Of a DNA stretch of 64,000 bases, positions 1-13,492 are shown piece after piece. The DNA is taken from positions 5,022,001-5,086,000 of the forward strand of contig OZ176055.1 in the NCBI GenBank assembly GCA_964247055.1. The letters run 5' to 3'. The first letter of the stretch is position 1. Every line of letters begins with the position of its first letter. The notes below the pieces were generated by a model that did no database searches, had not been told where the DNA came from, and saw only the letters and a list, made by a program, of their open reading frames with translations. The DNA is from Paragordius varius. Lineage: Eukaryota; Animalia; Nematomorpha. A program made the position numbers and the translations under genes.

Positions 1-870
1 TTTTGATTTAGCCAAAATAAAAAAAACGAATTTTAATCACTCATTAGGTCATGTAAAATTAAATACTATATGAAAACGCGTCAACTAGTTTTTTTATTGA
101 TAACCCATAAAAAATCTTAAACATAATATATAATATAATTTTATTATTTTTTTCAGAAGGTCATTGAAATAAGTAAAAAAAATTAAAAAATCAAAATTAA
201 ATATTATGCGGTAAAAGATTATAATTTTTTTTAACCATCATATTTTCCTATAGTTTCCCGAATATATTTATAAAAATGATTTAAGCCTTACTAAACGAAG
301 CTTTATATTAAAATTCTGAGCGATAGAAATGCTCAGCATCATCGAATTATATAGAAAAACTGTTTTAATAATATCTTAAATTAATTTATACCGTCACCAG
401 CATGCCTAAAATACAGAAAACTCGCTTCACCAAAATTTTTTTAATTAAATTTTTAAACAAAATATCCATTTTTCGGAAAAAACTTATTGATGTCAAAATT
501 TAGTAATCATGCAATCTCGACTCTTTCGCCTTATTTTAAAAGAACTTGTTTATTTTGTACCCAAAAATTTGAGACTTCTGAAGCCCACATACAAAATTTA
601 AAATTTTATAAAAAATATTGATTTGATGTAATGTAGTTTATGAATATTTTAGTGATTGATATATTTCAGAATGAAGCATTTGGGACCAAAAAAAATTATT
701 TGAGAAAATGTGCGCAAATTTCACCATTTTCTGATATGGAGCAGTTACCACAAAAGTAAAAATAACTTTCTTAAATCACTTAAGGCCGAAAACCAAAAGC
801 ACCATGATAATCCTGATACATTTTCTTATCAGAATATAAATTTATATTTTATTTTTTTGGACACTGTCCT
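1..870. mobile_element. Right part of family E, an approx. 1-kb non-autonomous long-TIR DNA element (possibly Tc1/mariner-type MITE)
   Basis: Shares TTCTGATATGGAGCA..CCACAAAAGT..AAACCAAAAGCACCATGATAATCCTGATACATT with copies near 38625-39700, 43468-44520, 61000-62015, 62880-63200 and 10300-11520. Ends resemble ACACTG..CCA. Confidence 0.55.
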
Positions 871-1015
871 ATAAATTTTTTTTGTAATTTACATCAAATG
901 GAAATAGCGTATAATTTTTACAAATCCAATATTAATATTAAAAAGACTTCATATAATTCGTTGCAAAAAAATATTTATCATCTCAATTTTTTTATATAGG
1001 GAATTTACACCGTAA

Positions 1016-2401
1016 CACTAGAAAACAAATTTTTCTGCAACAAAATTACTAAAGTTACAACAAGCTGAAAAGAGAATTCTAAAAAACTATTCTTTATCCA
1101 ACAAACCCAAACCTCTATAACTACAATAAAAAATTTGACCCATATACTGTCATACAAATGACTCCACTTATCGACTGTTTGCGCACAAATCGTCTGAGAT
1201 TCGCGGGACATGTTCACCGACGCCCACATGAAAGTTGGCTATACCGCATGGTCAATTTTTCTATAGATTTACGAAATCGTAAAGGACGTCCATTAAAAAA
1301 TTGGCTTTCTATTGTGGAAAACGATCTGGCTATTTTAAATCTGAAAATTGAAGATGCGCAGGACCGATGCTGCGTACAGCTCTCCGAAGAGTTACCTCCT
1401 TGTTGAGAGAAAAACCTTAAAGGTTGATACTATCATATTAATAGTAAATCTGAAATTAAAATTATAATTCCACCTAAGAATTTTGTATAATTTGATTGCT
1501 TTGATTATGCGTCCTCTTTATCAATTTTTTAATAAAAAATGTTTTTCTTTGAAAATATACAACAAATGCCCATTTGTAATATATCATTCGAAAGAGTAAT
1601 GAAAACTTAATAAACTGCATACTAATAAGTTTTACACCGATAGTTAATATTGGACATAGAAAACGACAAACGCGTGAAGCGAGAACGTTTTTCTTATTTA
1701 ATATATTCAAAACTATTGGATTAAAATAGCTCAAACTTTGTCTAGATGGCAATGAATGTCCAAAAATATAACACAAAAAAGTTTTTTTGATTAAAATACT
1801 TATTTATTGCTTTAATGTCATTCAAAACAGCCATATTTAAGTTTTTTATTATTATTAATTTATTTCTCTAAGAGGCTTATAATTTTGAAATTTCAAAGAC
1901 TAAAACAAAGTTTAAGGTATTTTTGATCTTTTTAACGATTATGTAATAATAGAGTCATAACTAAGCATAGTATTCGGTAAAATAATTTTTATTAAAAAAA
2001 GCTAACGAAAAGCTTTTTTGAAATTTTTTAATAATCTAACTCTATAAATTATATTTAAACAATTTATATAATTTTAAATTAGTTTGTCTGTGAAAATTTT
2101 TGACTTATTTAAGAGTTGAATTGACCATATAAACCCAAATAATAGATTTAAATGACCAAATACCATTCGAAAGATACAATTTTTCGCGCTCTTTCGAATC
2201 AAAAAAAATACATGGCTTATCTAAAACTTTTAATTTTGAAAATCCCGAGTTAAGTGTTATATAGGGGCCAAAATTGTCAATAAACCCTAATATATAAAAA
2301 AGGTTTTGGATTAATTTATTTTAGATAATTTATGTACTCAAATGAAATAAATTCTAAATTTCAAGAATGACAGCAAAAAAGTTAAAATTTGTTGTCTAGT
2401 G
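1016..2401 (-). mobile_element. Family A MITE (CACT..AGTG termini, 3-bp TSD; CMC/Chapaev-CACTA-like), interrupted by a LINE fragment
   Basis: Ends are CACTAGAAAACAAATTT and AAATTTGTTGTCTAGTG, with TAA/TTA flanks. The body is the reverse complement of the copies at 23437 and 48847. Confidence 0.8.
1046..1406 (+). pseudogene. 3' fragment of non-LTR retrotransposon ORF2 (RTE-like), inside the family A copy
   Basis: KLLKLQQAEKRILKK...LRFAGHVHRR...KGRPLKNWLSIVENDL...AQDR matches the recalled C-terminus of LINE ORF2. Confidence 0.8.
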
Positions 2402-3505
2402 TTATTATATATTTTGGTGCCATTGTAATTATTGATCCCGGCTTTTAGCATAAAATCCCTATCAAAAATCTAGTCAATAAATGTGTTTATCATCGAATTG
2501 TATAGAAAAAGTATTTAAAAAATATATATGGGAGGTTTCATAAAAAGTATACGCTACTTCCGTTTTGTAGCAATCAAAATTTTTTAGATATAAATCATTT
2601 TTTAAACATGATTATAGGGTAAATTTATGTATAATTAATATATGATAATTAAAATAAAATTTAAAATCTTTTACCGCATAAGATCGTTTTTTTACTTTCG
2701 CCAAATTGCGATATTTAGCTTCAAGTCTTGTATTAAGACACGTTTTCCTTGATTGTATATAATTTATTCCGACCTAATGTGCGTAGAATTATGTTAAATT
2801 TTGGCTAATAAGAGAAAATATAAAAAACTTTTGATTAATTAAACACAATATTTCAATTTTCATCTGATTTTAGCAATCAAATGATATAGCTAACTGATTC
2901 GCATGACTCTATATAAAATATTTAGGCTCGTCTTTAGAGCTGCGTAAATTTTATGATAATTAGTATTTTAAACATTACGACTAAATATTGGTATATTACG
3001 AATTCAAAATAAAAAACATCAAAGTGTGAATTTTATAAACCATTTATAATTCCCTCTTTAATTCAAAATATTCAATTTACCCTAAAATATAAATTACATG
3101 TTCCCGTATATTACCTCACAATCGATATATTTGTTCTGGCATGGTTTATCTATATTTTGCTTTGTTATTTTTAAATATATTAAAAGATATAGATTATTTT
3201 CGGACTTAATTAATATAAAAACACATCTTAATAAAAAATTTACAAAAAGGCAATTAAATTTAAAATTTGTTTTTATGAAATAATCAAATATTAATATCAA
3301 TTATGAGTTAATTTATTCCCTACAGTAATAAAAACTGAAAAACTATATTTTTAAAAAAAGAATCAAATTTTTTAAATCTTGATTTTAATATAACCTATTT
3401 TTTGTGCGCAATAAAGAATAGAGATGTAAATGTGCAACATACTTTCTTATTCAAGTAGGTAATAAAAATATCAAGGATAAATAAATAATTTTTTTATCAA
3501 GAATA

Positions 3506-6500
3506 TCAATCTTTTATTTGAGATGTTTTAAAATTTAACTGTATTTTTTTCGGTTTTAAAAGGTATATTTTAATGTTTAATTGTGAATAAAATATGTTGA
3601 GGTGTGGATTTGATAGTTTATCATTAGTTTTTTGACACACATAAAACTTACCATGCGCACTATTTTCTCGTATCTTATGATTGTCAAGAATAGCCATTAT
3701 TTTAAAGAAATTAGTTTCAGGTAAAACGTGAAAACAGGCAACGTATAAAAAAGTAGCTCCCGAAAATATAAGAGTCCATGCAGAAGAAACTATCGTTAAA
3801 TCGGAATGGTAATGAGTTTTTTCATGATTTGTATTCACGGCATAAGAACCATTTACATTCACCAATAGAGTTGAGTTAAGAAAATGATGATGCTATATTA
3901 TATATATCACACTGTAATGACGTATCTAATATTCTTCATAAATATATATGATAAAACTTTAATTACTTAATGTTATAAAAAATAATGGCTAAAATAAGGA
4001 TAAATAGCTATAAATTGGCGTTTGTGAAATGTACAAAATTCCAATGGTGCTAATTTTAAGGCTCGCGAGTCATTTAAGAAAATTAACTTCTACTTGGAAA
4101 AAAATTTGAGATATCTATTTTTTGGTAAAAATGCTTCCTTCAAAAAAGCTATATATATATATATATATTTAATTATATTTGGAATTAAACATTGTCTGTA
4201 TATTATTATATATATTTTTGAGGTCCAAAATTTAATTTATGACACCGAACTAAAATTAGTATCCTATTAAATTAAATGTAAAAGGCTGTGATTGAGCGAA
4301 AAAATATAATTTATGATATATCATCTCAAATATTTTATTTTACTGACATATAAGCTCTTAATTCAAAATAACAGATAAATATATTATCATCGTAATAATA
4401 AAATGTGATTAATTAGAAATGTTATTAAAAATATATATGTTTTATAAAACCTAAAATAGGGTGCAACAAATCTAGAATTATTTAAAACAGATGCTTTTTC
4501 AGATTTTGATATGACAATCTAGCCTATATTAAACATATCGGTACCCGTCTCTTTTCCCCTAATTTAAAAAGGGTTTCATCGGATTTCATAAAAGAATACA
4601 GAGGCTTGGACCTAATACACTCAACAAATTTTAACTTTTTTAAACTGCCATTCTTGTAAATTTAAAGTTTATTTCATTAAAGTATATAATTAGTATATCT
4701 GAAAAGAAAATTGGTCTAGCATTCAAGAATTTTTTTATATTAGAGTTTATCGATATTTTTTGGCCCCGATTTAACATTAAACTCGAAATTTCGAAAATTA
4801 AAAGTTTTAGATATACCATTTGCACTTCAAGAGTTTCCTTGAACACTTCAAGTTGGTCCTTGAACAATTCAAGTTGGTCCTTGAACAATTCAAGTTGGTC
4901 CTTGAACATTTCAAGTTGGTCCTTGAACACTTCAAGTTGGTCCTTGAACACTTCTTGGTCCTTTGACTTTTTTGTTTTGTTTTTTAACTTTTATCAATCA
5001 AATCGTAAATAATTTATCTATTTTATTGTTTTTAACCTATTTTCTATTATTTAAGATAAATTTTAAATCGATATCTTTTAATTTTGAGAAACCGTATATC
5101 TTTATTAATTTCTTAAAATAATTTTGGATATATATTTGATTTTAACACGAAATGAAAAAATATATAAGTTTTCTGGGTTATTATTTGAAATTTGTCATTT
5201 AAAACATTTAAAAGTCAATAATTTAGTTTGAAACAAAAAAGTGGTTTTTCAATAAAAAAATTTATTTTTAAATGAATAAATATATAATAAATAAAGAATA
5301 TTAGGTTAATAAATAATAAAATAAAAAAATAAATGCAAAAATTATGGTTAAATCAAAATTAATAAATTTTAAGGATCAACTTGAATTGTAGGACACACTT
5401 GAATTCAAGGACCAACTTAAGGTGTTCAAGGACACTCTTGAAGTGCAAATAGTATATGAAGCCAAGTATTTTATAACATTCGAAAGAGCGCAAAAAATAG
5501 CATCTTTTAAATGGTAGTAAGTCATTTAAATCAATCGGATGTAAAAGTTATTTGGATTTAAATGGTCGAAATTTTCAAACCTTATATAAGTTAAGAATTT
5601 TGACAGACAAACTAATTTAAAAATCATATAAATTATTTTAATAAAATTATTAGGGTTACATTAGTATTTAATTTAAAAAAAATGTTTGAAAAAGCTTTTG
5701 GTTTGCTTTTTTAATAAAAATTATTATTATAAACATTTTACCTAGTGGATACTAAAATGCATAGTTATAACTGTAAATTTATTACATAATGGCTATAAAA
5801 GATCAAAAATACCTTAAACTTTGTTTTTATTTTTAAAATTTTGAAATTATAAGCCTCGTAAAGAAAAAAATTAATATTGATGTGATGGTAATTTTTAAAA
5901 AAAAAAACTTAAAAATGGCTGTTTTGAGTGACATAAAAGCAATAAAAAATGTTTTAATCAAAAAAATTTCTTGTTTTTTGGACATTCATCACCATCTAAA
6001 CAAAGTTTGAGCTATTTTCATCCATTAGTTTAAAAAATATATTAATTAAAAAAAATGCTCTCGCTTCGCGCGTTTGTCGCTCTATGTGTCCAATAACTGT
6101 CGATGTATTACATATTAGTATGCATTTTATAGAGTTTTTATTACTCTTTCGAATGATATATTACAAATGGGCATTACTTGTATATTTTCAAAGAAAAACA
6201 TTTTTAAAAAATTTTGATAAAGAGAGCGCATAATCAAAAAAATCAAATTATACAAAATTCTTCCATCGAATTATAATTTTTATTTCAGATTTACTGTTAA
6301 AATGATAATAAATATCAGAAAATGCAAAAAACTCGAAGGGCAGAAAAATTTGTTGTCCAGTGATATGATATGCAAGCTTAAACATCTTCTGAAAAATTTC
6401 AGTATAGGCACTAAATTTTGTATTTGCGCAAGGCCATAAAAATTGATATAATTTTTCAAATGCCTTGTATGCTGCAAAAAGGTGGCTAACTTCGTGCACT

Positions 6501-9500
6501 GTTAAAATTCAATAATATATACATTCTAAAAACCAATAAAAAATATATCAACAATTAAGATAAAAAATAATAAGCATACCGAATTTATCATAAAAAATGT
6601 AAGAAGCGAAGATATTGGCGCAGATAATGAAAATGCCAACAAATGTTTTCGTATACTTTTGCGAGCGATTCCACTTTGTAAAAGAAAAGTGGTAAGAGTA
6701 AAAGAGGAGGGACCCTATACAGTATATATATATATATATTTTATAGATATATTAGCAATCTTCAATTTTGCAAAAATAAAATTTCACATAGCAATAATGT
6801 TTGCTGATTGGATTGTAAATGGTAAAATAAACCGTAGACAATATATGCTTCCAAAGGTAATGAATCGACATTTCTTAAAACATGTGCCATGTTATTAGGT
6901 AGAGATATAACTTAATAGCGCTTTTAAATTTATAAATAAAACTCATTTTATTTGGTAAATATATTTAAAAATTATTAATATTAATAAAGTGTAAATAATG
7001 AAAATCCTAACTTTAAATTTGTAATGCTAAGCATTAAATAAACTTTATCCTTAATCCCTTTGAAATCATACTGTATGTAGGTTGCATATACATAGATTAT
7101 TTGATCATAAATCGCCATTTTTAATTAAAAAACACTTAATACATGTTATTAATATGTTAATGGTGATAAAAAATTCTACCGGAGAATATTTCAGCGCCTT
7201 TTGACTAAGAGAAAGACAAGCCGCCTAATTTTATGCTAACCACTAGTTTTAGAAATTAGTCAACTGGGCAAAAAATAATATATTGGCTAATTAGATGATG
7301 CTAAAATTTAAAAGTTAAAAAGTGTTAACATTAATAAAATACTAAAAAATTTAAAGAAAATTATTTAATTTTATAGTTTTATATATTAATTAATTTTGCC
7401 GTATTATCTACATATAACAATTTTTTTGTTTTATGAACAAGAGATTTTACCGGTTTTTTAGCTTAAAAAATTAGGTCAAATTAAAGTGTTTAAGGACCGA
7501 TATGTTGAAAGATCATGAAGTGTTAAGCACTCTTGAAGCGCAAATGGGAATTTAAAAGGCAATCAATATTTTTATTAAGTTGAAGTTTTAGATAAGGACT
7601 CCGAAAACGTCATATTTTTAAACCCATGTCAAATGCATCTTAAAATAAACGCAAAAATACCGAGATTCCTTAATAAGTATTTCAAATATATGGTTATATC
7701 AAAAATATTTTTGAAAAAGCATCCTTTATAAAATTAAATTATTTGGATGAGCCGTGTGATATGAGGATCATGCTGAAAACGGAAGATAAACTCTTAGGAT
7801 ACTATGAATAAATTTTTTTATATAATAACCTTGAATTTTCATAAAAAGATATGTTCGTCTTCAGATTTAAGTTATAAAAAAGAGTTTACCAAAAATTTAC
7901 ATTAAAGACGAACAAATTTTTTAATCAAACTGATGTAGAAATGTTATTATATAGAATTATAATATCTTAACGTGTTTTTTTACTGTTTGCATGCTGAGAA
8001 ATCCATAAATTAGCGTTTATCAAAAATTTGAATTAAATTTTTTAACAACGTATGCATTTTCTCAAAAAAAATTTTGGTCTCATAATCTAACATACATTAA
8101 AAATTCTTATCGCGAAATAGCATTTTTGCGTTTATCTTAAGAAACCTAGCCCATTTAGACAATAAAAATTTGAGATTCTATTTTCTAAAATTTTTGACTC
8201 TATTTAATAATCTGGGTACCGTTTATTTTAAGGACAGTAACGGTTTAACGGAAAAATAGGACATAGAATATATAATATTGAGAAATTTTTTAATGTAAAT
8301 TTGTATATTTGGGGTGGGGTGATAAAAAAGTCGTACTTGACTCGTAAGTCAAGTTTAGCAAGTTTACTTAAGCCAGCAAGTGTCCACTTGAAGATCGGTG
8401 ATAAAAAAAACACTTAAGTCAAATCTTTTGCTTATGAATGTAACATTTTTTGGCCACCCAATTCGAATTTTACGGAAATTATTTTGATCATTTTCAGCCA
8501 AAATTTATATACAATTAACAGAATATGCATTTATTGAAGTTTTTCAAACTACTACGTATTTTATTTAATATTATGGATTCTTCTAAATATTGATCCCGGT
8601 ATAATTTTTAAGTTGACGAAACCATTCGGCCTAAAATACTCTCTTTTATTTTACCACACTACATTTTGTTTGGAGTTCATTTGCAAATGTAATGGGAAGA
8701 TGTTTATACAATATAACATAATTTTAATTGATTATAAACATTACATTCGAAATAAATTCTTTATATTGTTTAATAGTGAAGTAACCTTTTGCTTTTAATA
8801 AACATTAAAACTTTACAAGAATAATATATTATTAATTTTAAGAAATTTTCGAGAATCCAATTTTTATTGCGGGTTCACGGAATTGATATATTTAGCATTA
8901 TGCATTGTTCTTAAATATTAGCAGAGTTTTTCTAAAAATTTATCCTCTTTCGTATCCACCTAATTTGAATAGGTTAATTAGCCAAAATTTATTAAATAAA
9001 TAATTAATACCATTAACAAAGGGTTTAATTACATATAAAGCCTAAATTACATAAATAGTTTCCAAAATAATTTTTTTCATATTGATAAATAGGTCAAGTG
9101 TGCCCTACACCACATTTGCAAAATCTATAAGTTTTACTTGATCATATGATTATTTATCACCTTTAAATCAAGTTTTCCTGCTTGACTTAAGTCGTCCAAT
9201 GTTAAATTTTTTTATCGAAAGCAAGCCATGACTTGAAAAACTTGCGAGTCAAGTCAAAAAAAATTTTTTATCACCCCACCCTTGGATTTAACATTGAGCT
9301 TAATTAACTTAATGAAATGTACTAAATTTTCCATTTTTTGTTTTTGAATAATTTTATGATATAACTAATTGAGTCCTAAGGTCCGAAACAAAAAACACCT
9401 CCTGATGCATATTTCTTTTGAGTTAATATATACACTTTCAAGAGTGTATTTTAACAATTTAAGTTGGTCCTGAACATTTCAAAAATGTCCTTAAACACTG

Positions 9501-12500
9501 TTGGTCCTTGATTATAGTCCTAAAATTTATTTAAGTATGTAACCATATTTACGCGTGTATTTATCTATTTTTTTTACTTTTTTAACCTAACAACTTTAAT
9601 TAGTATTTTTTCTTTTAATTATCATGCTTCTTTTATAAACTTTTTTTGTTCCAACAATTTTTTTCCAATATAAAATGTTTAGTACATATTCATGTTCTTA
9701 ACTAAATACAATTAATAACTCATAAAACTCTTTTAGTGCTTAAATATCAATCATTTTTAAAATTAAAAAAAATATTGTTCTTGAATGAAAAAATATTGAT
9801 CTAGATGTTTAGGTTAAAAAATGATAGGATAGATGTATTCATAGAATTAAAAAAATTATAATCAAAATAAAAATATTCAAGGAATATCCGGAAATGTGGA
9901 AGGGGCATCTTGATGTTCAAGGACCAACTTAAGGGCCAACATTTCAAGGACTAAATTGAAGTGTAAGGACACTCTAGAGGTGAAAATAGTATGCATATGT
10001 GTTAAAAGACCAACTTAAAACTTGAAATGTTTAAGGGAAATGTTCAATAACCAACTTAAAGTGTTAAATACACTTTTCAATGCAAATGGAATATATTTTT
10101 GATAAATCCAGTATTATGCATTGCATACAGAAATAAATTTTTAATGTGTACTAGTTGCCAATATTGATGTGGCAAGCTAATTTTGCTATATTTATTTAAT
10201 ATACCTAAGAAATTGAAATATAGAGTGCACAATTCAGATGAAATATATTTTTTGCGATAAAAAAGTATCTAATTTTTATGGTGCTTTTAAATTTGGGCCT
10301 TACGAATGATTAAGCTATAACCACTTTTGTGATTGCTCCATACCAGAAAATAAATTTTGAGCATGCTAACATTTGGTAAAATTCAGTAATATATATCAAT
10401 TAATATAAAAAGAAAACAATATTTTTTTAAAGTTGAGATGTAGGTTTCGAAAATAAATTTGCCCCATAGTAGAAGCTAGTTTTCTTAAAATAGCGCAAAG
10501 CCAAGCGCGGTAGAATTTAAAAAATATGCTAAGCTGTGACATCAAGCTTTTTCTTCAAAAATGGATATTTTGATTAAATTTAAATTTGTAGGAACGAGTT
10601 TTATGGTATTTCGAAGCATGGGGAAACAGTATTAAAACACTTTATGATAATAAAAAAGACTTTTTCTATATTGAAAATATATATCATCTGAGATTTAAAA
10701 ATTGAATCATCCACAAACTTAGGTTATATGTTGTTTTTTAACAAAAATTCATTTAAAATTTGAAGTCAACCATTATTCATTAAAGATCTGTGGTGATAGA
10801 AATGTTCAAAACTTAATAGAATAGGTTTTATAATATTTATGTTTTTATACCGTTTCGTGGCCATGTTTCAATATACCATAAAACTCGTTCATCAAACTTT
10901 TGACACAAAATTTTTAAAAAAAATCCATTTTTTCAGAAAAAAACTTAATTAAAATCCTATAACCCAATCTCTAATTTTTGCGCTTATATTAAGAAAACTA
11001 GTTCATTTTAAAAAGGGCCGAAAATTTGAATTTGAAAACCCACATATAAAACTCAAAATTTAAATAGTGTTTTGCATTTAATATAAAAAATATGGAAATT
11101 TTAAAAATGTGTCATAGAATAAATAAAATTTGCGAACGGTTTAGGACACTATAACATATGTCCGTCCTCAGCGTTAAAAAAAATAAATGAGTATGGATAA
11201 AATGGTTGTTCTTTATATATAATTTTTAAAATGTTTATTGTTGTTTTTTTCCTTTCGCAAATTTTATTTATGCTATGACACGTTTGTAAATAAATTTCCA
11301 TATTTTTTATACTATTCACGTGTCGAAAATGAATTATTTTCTACAATTTAATATAGCTAATATTTTAGTTATTAATTAATATGAAACATTTTCTCAGTCT
11401 AAAATTAAAAATGTTGACATTTTCTGATATAGAAATCCTACAAAAATGGTAATAGCCTGTTATATCACTCGTAAGCCCCAAACCAAAAGCACCGTGATAA
11501 TTGTACATGGCTTTCAAAGATGAGAAAATAATAAATTTTGTAAATAAATTGTAAGAATCGATTCAAATTATATCACCTTATGTAAAAGTATAGCTAAAAA
11601 CACCATAGTTTCGATACCGTTATCTGCACCAGCGGCTGCGCCCAGCGCCAAACCATCGGCTAAAAGTAATTATATTTGATATTATTAAGTAGGTAATAAA
11701 AAGGTACTAAAACAGCTCTTATATTTATTATGTCATCCAAATTGGCATTATAATATATGTTTTTACATCCAATTTTTAAATTAAAAAATTTATTTAATTT
11801 AAATACAATACATTTCTATAAACTGCATTTATGGCAAAATTTTAGGAAAATATTTGCATAATATATTAGAGACACGTTTCAACCTATCTATTGGACATTA
11901 AATTTAATATCATCGTTAGCATTCTATTGGCTATATTTACCTAAATGGGCGGGCGTTCAACGTGTCATAGTGTGGGTTTTTAACTTATTATCAACGCATA
12001 ATATCTCTGATTAAATACTATAATTTGCGTTATTAAAAGGTTAATAATTTCAATGTTAAAATAGTATTTGCGCAGTTTAAATAAATCCATATTTAATACT
12101 ACCCTCAAATTGGTATCTTCTGGAAAATAATTTTTTAATATCGTCTATGAAGAACGCAATAAATTAAGATAAAACTTTTATCAATAATATTTAACAATGG
12201 TTAATTAAGTTTCGTCATGTCACATTTATATTTATTGAGAAAACATAATATGTTGGCTATATTTTCTGAAAAACTAGGCCGATTTTTTAATTATTGATAG
12301 TTTTTATTTATAAATGCGTGGATGATTTAATTTTTTAAATTAACAGTGTAAAAATACGGTTTTTGGATCGTGTCTCTAAGTTTTCATGGAAAAGCTTAAA
12401 TTTAATTATTGCCTTAATATTTAATTTATGTGCAAATGCTGGTGATACTACATTTGTGATGTCCTATGGGTTGGAGAGTACCCTTCGTTAAGATGTTCCC

Positions 12501-12660
12501 AAAACTTAAAATATCTACAGAATGGTAGACCATTTACATTTCAAAATAGTAATAGGAGTTTAATATAAACGTGCCGATAATAGTCTATCCATATTAAAAG
12601 GGTGTCCAGAATGCAAAAACAGGTTTTTGGAAATAAATTTTTAAAAATTATTATCAATCT

Positions 12661-12715
<55 letters not shown>

Positions 12716-13492
12716 GTTTCGAGTCTCTTTTTCCTTTTTTATTAAAGGGTAAGGACTTAAATTGTATCCGGACATGTGAAGGCATTAACACTCGCCTGCC
12801 CAGGGCTGACAGTGATGATGGAAAAAATGCGTAGTTTCGGGGTTCGAACTCAGGCACGCAGTGTGAGAGTCCGGCGCCCTACCTACTATTAAAATGTATA
12901 AAAAAATTTCCAAATGGCCAATTTGCCACTATTTAACATATATTAAAAATTTAAATGAAGACTTCCAACAAGCATTTTTCATAAATTATGTCCAAAATTA
13001 ATATTAAAAAATAAATATCTGATTATGTTGACAAATAAATTAAAACTAATAACTATATAAAATACCTGCTGAATGACTGATTAAACCCAATGTCGTAGAA
13101 AACTTATTCAGCTTATCACCATAAATTAATTTTGAATCTATCAGTTATAAAATAAAACTTTTTTTGAGATAAACTGTAAACAGGTCAATTATTAGCATAA
13201 ATAAAAATCCACATATAAGGGAAGTTGCAATGTAATTGGATTTTTTATCTAAAATTAGTATAATACTAACTTTGGGTAGAATACAATGTTGCTATACCTT
13301 CAGGTATTATAATCGCAAGTGCAGTACCGATAATTCCTCCAGCACCAAATAATAATAAATGATTAAATCGTTTCTTAATTATAGAAAGGCTGATACTTTG
13401 CTTATATTTATATATAAAGGTATGCTTCCACAAAAAAAACATATTATAAACATAGCAATCGACAGAATAAATATGCTCTGAAAATCATGCAT
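3506..13492 (-). CDS. SLC39A9: ZIP-family (ZIP9-like) zinc transporter, spliced gene. Exons: 13492-13397, 13373-13271, 13248-13159, 13137-13066, 11659-11577, 6714-6580, 3892-(3652 if spliced again, or stop at 3506). 3' end uncertain.
   Basis: Manual splicing at GT-AG sites gives one open frame: MHDFQSIFILSIAMFIICFFCGSIPLYINISK|KRFNHLLLFGAGGIIGTALAIIIPEGIATLYSTQ|NKKSNYIATSLICGFLFMLIIDLFTVYLKK|NSKLIYGDKLNKFSTTLGLISHSA|ADGLALGAAAGADNGIETMVFLAILLHK|GPSSFTLTTFLLQSGIARKSIRKHLLAFSLSAPISSLLTFFMINS|HHHFLN...AWTLIFSGATFLYVACFHVLPE. This matches recalled ZIP9 motifs (GTALAVIVPEG, TTLGLVVHAAADG, LHKAP, IRKHLLVFALAAP, FSAGTFLYVATVHVLPE). Introns are 23, 22, 21, 1406, 4862 and 2687 nt. Confidence 0.93.
4618..6362 (+). 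mobile_element. Family A MITE in ZIP9 intron 6, carrying a nested family B element
   Basis: Ends are CACTCAACAAATTT and AAATTTGTTGTCCAGTG, with an exact 3-bp TSD ATA (4615-4617 and 6363-6365). Confidence 0.85.
4814..5454. mobile_element. Family B foldback-like MITE with 21-bp subterminal tandem repeats
   Basis: Ends are TACCATTTGCACTTCAAGAG and CTCTTGAAGTGCAAATAGTA, inserted at a TA of family A. Unit TCCTTGAACACTTCAAGTTGG occurs five times plus a partial at 4836-4960, with inverted units at 5375-5440. Confidence 0.85.
8312..9281. mobile_element. Unclassified TIR element in ZIP9 intron 5
   Basis: Ends are GGGTGGGGTGATAAAAAA and TTTTTTATCACCCCACCC, with subterminal CTTGAC/GTCAAG motifs. A copy of one end lies at about 41478-41560. 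TSD unclear (possibly TTG). Confidence 0.7.
9428..10090. mobile_element. Diverged family B element
   Basis: Degenerate AAGTTGGTCCTTGAAC-type units in inverted orientation at both ends; right end TGCAAATGG. Confidence 0.65.
12666..12890 (-). mobile_element. tRNA-derived SINE-like repeat with (AT)n tail, in ZIP9 intron 4
   Basis: Near-identical to 40546-40735. Has a B-box GAGTTCGAACCCC and a CTCTCAC anticodon-loop-like motif, and ends in (AT)n at 12666-12711. Confidence 0.7.

Noticed and set aside
3290-3335. Candidate final ZIP9 exon (VFITVGNKLTHN-stop) on the minus strand
   Set aside because: Too short and too weakly similar to support; the ZIP9 3' end is left unresolved.
4640-4951. ORF with heptad repeat FKDQLE(V/M/L), resembling a leucine zipper
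   Set aside because: It is the translation of the 21-bp subterminal repeat of the family B MITE inside a ZIP9 intron, not a gene.
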